Part shown: positions 46,983-54,469 of the stretch, piece after piece
How the letters are laid out: every line of letters starts with the position of its first letter
How positions within the stretch are numbered: the first letter of the stretch is position 1
Virus record (IMG/VR): IMGVR_UViG_3300033148_008025
Coordinates: 1 to 64,000 of that record
DNA length: 64,000 nucleotides
Strand: one strand, 5' to 3'
Origin: a virus
Program-made: the position numbers and the translations under genes
Notes under the pieces: generated by a model
Seen by the model: the letters and a program-made list of their open reading frames with translations, nothing else
Databases searched by the model: none
Told to the model about the DNA's origin: nothing

Positions 46983-47568
46983 GCTTTTCCAGCATAAACG
47001 TCATGCCAAACCTTCTTCCTTTCAGGGAATCCTTTGGCCACATGTACCAGCAGTATTCGCTGCTATCCTTCTTGCCGTCAGGTCTAAATGATGGCCTCCA
47101 TGGGAGTTGGCCTTTGTCTGGACAGTATTTCGTGAGCCATGGTCCGCGGCCCGCTCCACCAGAAAACCATCCCTGCGCCTGAAGGCAGACAACTATCCGA
47201 GCCCGCAACAGGGCGACTTGCACAAACTGCATTGTTAGACTGAACGGTGGATTCATGATCAGGACGTCGGCCATCGGGATTTCCCATTCCCTGTGAACGA
47301 AGTCCCCATAGGGGAGAATAATGTCTGACTTCCTCTGAAGGTCGCGCAGATACGGATCGAACTCATTATTGAGTTCGCACATGATCCACTTAACGTCTTT
47401 CCTCCTTTCGTTTACTGCGGAGATCATCCTTCCGGTTCCTGCGCACGGCTCGATCCACGTCCCACCCGGCAGCGTGACAAGATCGCTTTCAAGCAGTGAG
47501 TAGACTACTTCCCTTTCTGTTGGGTAGAACTCGTTTTCTTCTACCTTGCGCTTACCCTTCTTACTCAT
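46945..47568 (-). CDS. orphan DNA amino (N6-adenine-type) methyltransferase
   Basis: FYPT, SAM-binding IEPCAGTG, catalytic IMNPPF, Y-x-W-x-x-W tail; no cognate endonuclease seen. Confidence 0.85.
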   Translation of the reverse strand: MSKKGKRKVEENEFYPTEREVVYSLLESDLVTLPGGTWIEPCAGTGRMISAVNERRKDVKWIMCELNNEFDPYLRDLQRKSDIILPYGDFVHREWEIPMADVLIMNPPFSLTMQFVQVALLRARIVVCLQAQGWFSGGAGRGPWLTKYCPDKGQLPWRPSFRPDGKKDSSEYCWYMWPKDSLKGRRFGMTFMLEKPTGGQLSIFGEI

Positions 47569-47824
47569 CGATATCGACGTCTGGCTCTATGTCGAAAACA
47601 GGCTCTCTCGAGGAGAACTTAGCAACCTGGAATTTCATTCCAGATTCCCTTGATCCTGCTTTGGCCAGCGTGGCGATTGTTTTCAGTCGCCCTTCACCGC
47701 CAATAAGCGGTTCCATGATCTTGGTTACTGGGTTAACCGCTGATGCGATTCCCTCGTTTCCATTATTGTCACGCCCGAGGACGACGTAGAGTTCAGTGAT
47801 TGTCGAAGGTGTTGTTTCTTTCAT
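47561..47824 (-). CDS. hypothetical protein
   Basis: 87 aa; D-x-x-GNEGI...PLIG pattern. Confidence 0.5.
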   Translation of the reverse strand: MKETTPSTITELYVVLGRDNNGNEGIASAVNPVTKIMEPLIGGEGRLKTIATLAKAGSRESGMKFQVAKFSSREPVFDIEPDVDIDE

Positions 47825-47875
47825 CGTATTTCCTGGCCATTCTAGGCCTATGTTTGACTATGATACGCTCGGTGC

Positions 47876-48253
47876 ATGACTTCGCACCTTATGATTGGTT
47901 TTACTGATGAGCTTGTGAAGACTGCCGGAAAGACTTCTCTTTTTACGAAAGCACTAAGGCTTGCAGCGAAGACCGAAAAAGGGAAAACCAAAGCCGGCAA
48001 AAAGGTTATTTCCCGTTTAGCCAAAACGCAATCGAAGACGAAGCACGCCCTCAAAGACCCGGAGTATCGGAAAAGGATTGCCGCTGGCGCTACCCTTGGA
48101 GCTGGAACGGGCGCAGCCACGGCAGTGGCTGGCGGAGGTGATGACTCTGTACTAAAAAGGGCTCTCAAAGGAGCTGGAACGGGTGCGGTGGGTGGAACCA
48201 TCACCGGAGCTGCATTCCCGGGCTGGTTCGCTAGGTCTAATCGCCACCTCTAG
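47876..48253 (+). CDS. small basic Gly-zipper protein with GFxDELxKxA leader
   Basis: MTSHLMIGFTDELVKTAG; Lys-rich; two GxxxG-rich helices. It is an isolated plus-strand gene in a minus-strand block. Confidence 0.7.
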   Translation: MTSHLMIGFTDELVKTAGKTSLFTKALRLAAKTEKGKTKAGKKVISRLAKTQSKTKHALKDPEYRKRIAAGATLGAGTGAATAVAGGGDDSVLKRALKGAGTGAVGGTITGAAFPGWFARSNRHL

Positions 48254-48629
48254 CGAGATAGCTTTTTGCAGAAGCAATCGCTTCCTTCTCCCCAGAGTCA
48301 AAGTCCTCTTCCGCAAAGGCGTCGAGTATTTCAAGCAAAGATTTTACAACCAGATCTGCGTCTTGGGACGCTGGCACGGGTCGAGAGTTCCACTCTTCGT
48401 CTCGAAGTGTCCGGACTTTTGACTTAGCAGCCCGCAGATCGCCGAGTCTGCAGGTGAGCGTGTGCTGCGCAGCCCGCTTCCACTTCCAGTATTCTGCTGC
48501 AGGAATCCTATTTCCAGTATCATCCGTCCTCTGTCTATCCCCTAGTTGGGCTTGAATCTCTTGAACTTCGAGGACGATTTTTTGTCTATCGGCCTCGGCC
48601 ATTTCTAGTTGCGTTTTAGGGGTTGGCAT
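48237..48629 (-). CDS. coiled-coil hypothetical protein
   Basis: 130 aa helical ORF. Confidence 0.5.
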   Translation of the reverse strand: MPTPKTQLEMAEADRQKIVLEVQEIQAQLGDRQRTDDTGNRIPAAEYWKWKRAAQHTLTCRLGDLRAAKSKVRTLRDEEWNSRPVPASQDADLVVKSLLEILDAFAEEDFDSGEKEAIASAKSYLARGGD

Positions 48630-48652
48630 TTTCTATGGGCGTACAATACCAC

Positions 48653-49117
48653 CTAGGCCGCAAAGTTTGGAGAGTGAGCCTTAAACCAGCGCATCCTTCC
48701 GAACAGATCCAATCCCTCAAGGGGGCTACGAAGTGTCCAATGTCCCTCTTCTTGCTCCGCGGCCTCCATGACAGGCTTTGAATAATTCTTCCCCGTGAGG
48801 AAGACAATGTCCAGGTGTAGCAGTGGGTAGATATCGAGAAGGGTGTTAACAACATGTGTACCCCACTCAAAGTGATTAGACTTGGGGATATTTGCCATTG
48901 AATAGTCGTAAGGAGGTATCGGATCGGCTGGTTCAACAACGCCATGTAACGCGGAAAGGAATAGTACATCCCATCCCATGTCCATGGCATACCGGTACCC
49001 CATCCGACAAAGGCTTCCAGTGTAGAGGTCTTTTGCTGGAAGGCTTTTTTCTGTCACAGCTTTTCTCTTACTGCATCCGACCAGTGCAACTGTAATTGGG
49101 CACTCGGATCTCTTCAC
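48653..49117 (-). CDS. DUF6884-like protein
   Basis: VALVGCSKRK...AKDLYTGSL...FLSALHGVV...PYD...L-x-G-x-x-Y...PLEGL. Confidence 0.7.
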   Translation of the reverse strand: MKRSECPITVALVGCSKRKAVTEKSLPAKDLYTGSLCRMGYRYAMDMGWDVLFLSALHGVVEPADPIPPYDYSMANIPKSNHFEWGTHVVNTLLDIYPLLHLDIVFLTGKNYSKPVMEAAEQEEGHWTLRSPLEGLDLFGRMRWFKAHSPNFAA

Positions 49118-49920
49118 CCGAACGAGCCTCTAGGGTATGGCTTAGATGCCCCTATGCAGAAATCTGTTCCACACATGTCGCAACTCGCATCGAATGCGTA
49201 TTCAATGAATGGTTGCTCGCCAACGCCTCCTTCATGCGAGTCACCCCCAACATCCCTGAGTTGGACTGGAACACCACAGCATGTAAGCTGAGCGTTCAAA
49301 GATGTCATCATCATTGGATCTGGAGTAGAGCATTGCAGACCTTGTGGTTGGCTTGGAATATTACCCATGGCTGGGCTTGGAATCTGTACGCTGTTTTGCT
49401 GCATTATCCCAACCGGCGCACGTGGCGCAAACGCCTGTATTACTGACTGCTGTGCCGACTGGTTTAGCTGGACACGACTTGGCGCAGGTGCCAATCCATT
49501 CTGTTGTCGTGCTGGGGCTATAGCTGATTGGTTTCTGAAAGCATCGAACCCTTGTTTTTTCATTGTTTCAAATCCTTGCTCTCCTACTGGGAGAGTGTGT
49601 AAGTTGTCTAATACGCCCTGTACATCAGAAGACAGTGGTGTGCGGCCAGAGAAGAATGTTTTCTTCTCATTGACGCTGTTGTATTCGCGCGAGCTTAGAT
49701 ACCCGTACGCAAAGAGTGACTGGAATGCCTCGAGGTGATCGTAAGGAGTCACTTCCGTATGCGCGGGCATTCGGTTTTCATGTATTACAGACACCCATGC
49801 CGCCAGCACCGGGTCATCTCCTGCTGCAACAAGAAGTCTGCAAGCGGAGGCTTCGTTCATATTTGCTTTCGATGGTGATAGGAGTCCATTAGGGAAGTCC
49901 TGCGTAGACAGTGTTTGCAT
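49114..49920 (-). CDS. hypothetical protein with Gln/Pro-rich linker and C-terminal Cys cluster
   Basis: 268 aa; CCG...CDMCGTDFC. Confidence 0.5.
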   Translation of the reverse strand: MQTLSTQDFPNGLLSPSKANMNEASACRLLVAAGDDPVLAAWVSVIHENRMPAHTEVTPYDHLEAFQSLFAYGYLSSREYNSVNEKKTFFSGRTPLSSDVQGVLDNLHTLPVGEQGFETMKKQGFDAFRNQSAIAPARQQNGLAPAPSRVQLNQSAQQSVIQAFAPRAPVGIMQQNSVQIPSPAMGNIPSQPQGLQCSTPDPMMMTSLNAQLTCCGVPVQLRDVGGDSHEGGVGEQPFIEYAFDASCDMCGTDFCIGASKPYPRGSFG

Positions 49921-50264
49921 CCGTCAAAGTTTTCATCGTGGTATCTTCCATGTTCACTCAGGCTCCATACCAAGTCGCGATCATAGAGGCGTGCTCCTTT
50001 CTTGTTCCCTCCGCTTATGCCGATTATCGAGAGGACTCCAAGCATGTGGAGTCTTCTTATTTCGAGCACTACCGTTTCGCGGTTGTCGCGAAGTGAGAAT
50101 ATGAGTTCGGATGTTGTGGCAGGGGATTCGAGAACCTCGACAATGATTCTTCCCTGCACTGGTTCGTTTGATGGTCTAGGGCGCCTCGGATCCGATGGAC
50201 CATGAGACGTCAAATTCCTTGTCGCGATCTTCCTTGCTGTGTTCAAGAAAACTCTTTCTGTCAA
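49857..50264 (-). CDS. winged-helix DNA-binding protein
   Basis: RIIVEVLESPATTSELIFSL...VVLEIRRLHMLGVL...WSL (ArsR/MarR-like pattern). Confidence 0.55.
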   Translation of the reverse strand: MTERVFLNTARKIATRNLTSHGPSDPRRPRPSNEPVQGRIIVEVLESPATTSELIFSLRDNRETVVLEIRRLHMLGVLSIIGISGGNKKGARLYDRDLVWSLSEHGRYHDENFDGCKHCLRRTSLMDSYHHRKQI

Positions 50265-52116
50265 ATTTTCCGTCGGTTATTAGGTCCGACAAGTTCTTCT
50301 TGGCCCTCATGGCTTCGAGTAATTTATCGTCAATGGTGTCCGGCGAGACCAGGAAGTAATAGGTCATAGGCCTGTCCTGTCCTGGACGCGCAATCCTCCT
50401 GTAGCTTTGATAGAGTTCTTCGTAGTTGTAGCTCAGGCTGTAATAGAATGCGTAGTTCGCTTCTGTCAGCGTCAGGCCATGGCCAACGCTTGCTGGATGG
50501 CAAACAAGTAGTCGAGCATCCGGGTCGTTTTGGAAATTTTCGATGGCTCTGTCTTTTGCGCCTGCACTGATTCCCCCGAAGAGTCCTCTGGCGCCGTACT
50601 TCTTCTTATAGCGCTCGACGAGCGTTTTGCACTCCCATCGGTAGTTTGCCCATATGAGGGCCTTGGACGGCGGTCCACTATCCCCGAGTTTACTCGCAAT
50701 GGACTGCTCGAGGAGCAGGTCAAGCTCTTGCATCTTCGGAACAGTTTTACCTATTTGAACATCCTTGCCTTCGTCGGTCCGAAGGAAACCCCCGGTGATT
50801 TCTCTGAGCTTAACGAGTTTGCCTACTGCAACCTTCGCAGTAACAGGCTCACCTTCGAGCTCTGTGTAGAGCATGTTTTCCATGTCCTCGTAGACCTCGG
50901 TCTGCTCCTTGCTCATTGGAACATCGCGAACGAGAACTCGGACTGGCGGCAGGTCTATGCAGTCATCCGTTCTGAATCGGATAACCCTTCCCTTGATGCT
51001 TGTATAAACTGACTTCGGTGCACCACGCTTTGGCCGCCACTGTGTGGCCGTGTGTTTTGCTCCGCTACTGTCTTCCCATGTAACGCCGTAGATCGGAACT
51101 TGTTCATGCGTATCGTGCCTGAAGTCCGTGTATGACCGCTGCAGGGTTTGTCCCCCATCCAGCAACGAGAATTGCGCCCACAGGTCCAAAATCCCATTTG
51201 GCGACGGAGTCCCTGTCATGATGATGCAGTTGTCAGCAAGTGCCCTGAGTCGCTTGAGTGACTTGTATGTCCGCGATGTTCTCGACTTGATTTTTGAGCT
51301 TTCGTCAACAACAAGGCACCAGCGAAAACCTTCTTTAATTTTCCGCTTCATCAAGTCTTTCACCCTTTTTTCCTTTGGATCAGTCCTTAGGTTTTCAGGG
51401 TTGAGGACATAAAAGTCGGCGTCCTTCGCATAGAGTTCTTTGAGTAACTTTGTGTTTCTCAGAGAAGCTCTTCTCTTTGCTTTTGCCTTTTCTGCCGGAT
51501 CATTCCGGTCAGCACCTTTGTCGTAGTCGGCAACGACAACTCTTGCAATGGTCTCTTGCCTCAGTCCCATGCAAGACACATCCGTAAACTTTGCCGCATC
51601 CTTTATCCAGACGTGCTTGATCAAATTGACTGGGCAAACGACAAGAAAGCACCACTTTTCTGTCTGCATAAGGCTCTCGCCGTATGTCAGGATTATGAAT
51701 GTTTTTCCCGTGCCACAGTCGCCGAAGAGTGCGGGGTTGGTCATTGCGTACAGGAACTGCAGGCCAAGTTCTTGATGTTCGTACGGATTCATCTTGAACT
51801 TATAGTCAAGGCATATCCTTTCCCCACCCTTAACTCTATCGCCACGAACCGTTTCCTCGGAGTAGACCTGCCAGTCTTTTTTCATCGACTCCACAGTTTC
51901 CTGCGTGTGCAGATCGTCCGACAGCATGCACCCGAGAGAGCGCAACTTTTGAAAGTTTTGCACGCTCAGTGCGCAAGATATTTTCTTAGGATCACCTTTC
52001 ACATGATTGGACGAGCCGACCATGGAAAAGATGACTTCTTTCTGTCGCATCCAAATGTCATCCTCGATTGATTCGAGTGAGACCTTGATGCGCCCTCGTT
52101 CGACTGCTGCTTTCAT
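50176..52116 (-). CDS. SNF2-family (SF2) helicase
   Basis: Q-motif PYEHQ, Walker A GDCGTGKT, DESSKIK, MTGTPSPN, motif V GHGLTLTEA, motif VI RRIARPGQ. Confidence 0.92.
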   Translation of the reverse strand: MKAAVERGRIKVSLESIEDDIWMRQKEVIFSMVGSSNHVKGDPKKISCALSVQNFQKLRSLGCMLSDDLHTQETVESMKKDWQVYSEETVRGDRVKGGERICLDYKFKMNPYEHQELGLQFLYAMTNPALFGDCGTGKTFIILTYGESLMQTEKWCFLVVCPVNLIKHVWIKDAAKFTDVSCMGLRQETIARVVVADYDKGADRNDPAEKAKAKRRASLRNTKLLKELYAKDADFYVLNPENLRTDPKEKRVKDLMKRKIKEGFRWCLVVDESSKIKSRTSRTYKSLKRLRALADNCIIMTGTPSPNGILDLWAQFSLLDGGQTLQRSYTDFRHDTHEQVPIYGVTWEDSSGAKHTATQWRPKRGAPKSVYTSIKGRVIRFRTDDCIDLPPVRVLVRDVPMSKEQTEVYEDMENMLYTELEGEPVTAKVAVGKLVKLREITGGFLRTDEGKDVQIGKTVPKMQELDLLLEQSIASKLGDSGPPSKALIWANYRWECKTLVERYKKKYGARGLFGGISAGAKDRAIENFQNDPDARLLVCHPASVGHGLTLTEANYAFYYSLSYNYEELYQSYRRIARPGQDRPMTYYFLVSPDTIDDKLLEAMRAKKNLSDLITDGKFDRKSFLEHSKEDRDKEFDVSWSIGSEAP

Positions 52117-52117
52117 A

Positions 52118-53254
52118 TCATTCTCTGTATACCGGATATTCAGTCTCTCGATTAAGTTTGCTTTTGAGTGATATCAACTCCCTTTTGGATGGCATGTACT
52201 TTGGGCAGCTTGAGTTCTTGCCGCCACATTCGAGCCGAGTACAATAGTCAAGCGTTGGCCGCTCGTCTCTTTCGATGGTGTTTCCATAGCACCATGCACA
52301 CAGATGATGATGATCACCTGTTAGTGGTACGCAGTTCCGAATTTTTCCACAGCAAATGCATCGGTAGGTGTTCTCGATTTGATGGTCCGACATCTGGCCG
52401 TTATGCCGATACAGATCTCTGTTGGGGTGGGATTCAATGTTCTCAACACCGCACCACAGCTTTCCTCCACGGCTGTCCATGATTCGATAGGTCTGTCTTC
52501 CAAATCGACTTACGTTGTTGATGAAATCGAAGTATGGAATTCCTGGTTCTTTTTCATGTGTGCGTACCCAGTGATACCCACTGACTCTATCTTTTCTCGG
52601 CATTGGCCATTCGTAATCTACCTTCTCTTCGATTAGCCATTCGTGGATTTCCGCTGAAACCCACTGGTACATATCATCGCCGGCAACAGGGTTTTCTGTT
52701 TGAGCATTTGGGTCACGAACCCTCCCCATGAGGGTTTGCATGTGGATCATGTTTTCCTCGTCTGGGAGCACAATCGCTGGGTTCTGATCTTTCGATTCCA
52801 GTTCCCTCCAGATGCGAAGTTGCCACTCAGAATCTTCTGTAAGCCTGACTGGATTCCCCGTGTTTGGGTCTTGGTAGTAGTAGGTGTATCCAGACCAGAA
52901 CGCAGGAACCTCCTCGATTCCATGTATTCGCTGAATGTACTCCACGCCTTCCTTCTGGGTGAACCACAGAAAGTGTGCCATGACGGCGCTCAGAACAGAC
53001 CACTTGAACTGTGGTCTTAGCTGCGTTGGCTGGCCATACCCATCGGTCAGTGGAAAGTTTGCTACCTGGCTTTTGAATTTAGCCATCACTCGCTCAACAA
53101 CATCGAACGGAGGCATATCTACCTCGGGTATCCCCCACCCTTCCTGTGCACCCGGCTTCCCTTCCTGGAAGTTGAAGTACTGAGCCTCCAGGTTCCATTG
53201 TTCTATTTCTTCTTGGCTTGCCGGATAATTAGCTGAAACAATATATTGCGACAT
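52118..53254 (-). CDS. hypothetical protein with C-terminal multi-Cys zinc-binding region
   Basis: 378 aa; CICC...C...CAWC...C...C...C. Confidence 0.6.
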   Translation of the reverse strand: MSQYIVSANYPASQEEIEQWNLEAQYFNFQEGKPGAQEGWGIPEVDMPPFDVVERVMAKFKSQVANFPLTDGYGQPTQLRPQFKWSVLSAVMAHFLWFTQKEGVEYIQRIHGIEEVPAFWSGYTYYYQDPNTGNPVRLTEDSEWQLRIWRELESKDQNPAIVLPDEENMIHMQTLMGRVRDPNAQTENPVAGDDMYQWVSAEIHEWLIEEKVDYEWPMPRKDRVSGYHWVRTHEKEPGIPYFDFINNVSRFGRQTYRIMDSRGGKLWCGVENIESHPNRDLYRHNGQMSDHQIENTYRCICCGKIRNCVPLTGDHHHLCAWCYGNTIERDERPTLDYCTRLECGGKNSSCPKYMPSKRELISLKSKLNRETEYPVYRE

Positions 53255-53272
53255 GTTTTCCTCCTTGGCTGC

Positions 53273-53292
53273 CTTATGCCCGGAAAGGGCGC
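53273..53292 (-). promoter_or_regulatory. Copy 5 of GCA-N7-9-GGCATAAG motif
   Basis: Minus strand GCGCCCTTTCCGGGCATAAG, followed by a GGAGG RBS and ATG 53254. Confidence 0.55.
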
Positions 53293-53293
53293 G

Positions 53294-53323
53294 TTGACCT
53301 TCTGGCTGTGGGCAGACTAAACT
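53294..53323 (+). promoter_or_regulatory. putative sigma-70-type promoter for the tail module
   Basis: TTGACC-N18-TAAACT, upstream of an AAGGAG RBS and ATG 53364. Confidence 0.45.
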
Positions 53324-53363
53324 GAGACTTAGTCCAAACCTGTGAAACTGAAGGAGTTAGAAA

Positions 53364-54092
53364 ATGAGAAACGATATAGGACTTCCCCCCGACATCAGGG
53401 AGAATATGGAAGAGCAACAACAGCGGCCTGCTGCAAAGCGAGAGATGGGCGGAATTGGCGCCAGCGCACATGAAAATACGAGGGCTGCGCAGTCTCGAGA
53501 TTTTGCAGTTTCAGGCGGATCTGCAACAGCAGTAACAGAAGAACAGAGCGCTGACCCTGCCGAGAAGAGCGAAGAACTTCGCATCTGTCCAAATGGCAAT
53601 TGCGAAATTGAACTTAACGATGAATGGTTTTACTGCGCAAAGTGCGGGGCAGACCTTCTGCGTGGAGGCCTAGAAGAACGCCTTGGTATCAAGTTCGACG
53701 AGGACGACATCAGTGACTACATCTTCAAGGGGTACATACTCAAGGAGGTTAAAATCCTCGGAAAGCATACTGCGCTGCTGAAAACTTCCCAACCAAAAGA
53801 CCTGGACGAAATTGATGGGTTCATCATGGACGGAAACTGGTCTAAGGGGCCGAAAGGCAAAGACCGGAAAGTCAGTGACTTCTATCTTCAGCAGATGAAT
53901 ACGCTGGCAATTGCTGCTGCAAGTCTTCAGGGAATTGACAATACATCTATCGGGGAAACGCTACCGGAAAAAGTCAACTACCTGTCTGATCGCGGATCTG
54001 CCTTTGTTGATCGCCTTACCGAGCGTGTTTCTCTTTACAACCAGGCGCTTGCAGAGTTCCTCAAGAAAGAAGATACAATCCCGGGGTCCTAA
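53364..54092 (+). CDS. putative tail assembly chaperone (short form) with zinc ribbon
   Basis: First of two ORFs directly before the tape measure gene; CPNGNC...YCAKCG; ends at a slippery CCCGGGG. Confidence 0.6.
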   Translation: MRNDIGLPPDIRENMEEQQQRPAAKREMGGIGASAHENTRAAQSRDFAVSGGSATAVTEEQSADPAEKSEELRICPNGNCEIELNDEWFYCAKCGADLLRGGLEERLGIKFDEDDISDYIFKGYILKEVKILGKHTALLKTSQPKDLDEIDGFIMDGNWSKGPKGKDRKVSDFYLQQMNTLAIAAASLQGIDNTSIGETLPEKVNYLSDRGSAFVDRLTERVSLYNQALAEFLKKEDTIPGS

Positions 54093-54127
54093 ACTCTCCG
54101 GTTGGATGGGCCAGGGTTAGCCTCCGA

Positions 54128-54463
54128 TTGGTCCAAGGAGTCGACGTCGAGTACGGCTCAATCCAGGAGAGTTTGGCTATTCAAGCATGGAGGAAGCAAC
54201 AGCGAATCGATCTGTACAAGACTATTGCGATCTGCACGGCAACCGTAAACCCGGATAAGGCACAGGCATCATTGAGGAAATTGCTCGAAGAGATGTTCCC
54301 TGAGGTGGGTGCTGACAGGGATAAGGCTGTGGACAAAGCGATGGAGATCATGGAGAAAGAGAAGAAAAAAACATACGCTGTTGCTGCGGTTGGTCACTCA
54401 GTTAACAAGGGTGCCTTTGGACGTCTTCGGAATATAATGAAGAGCAAGAAATCCGGGAGATAG
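54128..54463 (+). CDS. putative tail chaperone extension (read via -1 frameshift)
   Basis: Weak TTG start; lies in the -1 frame of the upstream ORF and is open back through 54080. Confidence 0.6.
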   Translation: MVQGVDVEYGSIQESLAIQAWRKQQRIDLYKTIAICTATVNPDKAQASLRKLLEEMFPEVGADRDKAVDKAMEIMEKEKKKTYAVAAVGHSVNKGAFGRLRNIMKSKKSGR

Positions 54464-54469
54464 AGCTGA

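Noticed and set aside
47854-47870. GATAC/GATAA words upstream of several plus-strand genes as a late promoter
   Set aside because: Only 4-5 nt are shared and the spacing is variable, which is not distinguishable from chance by eye.
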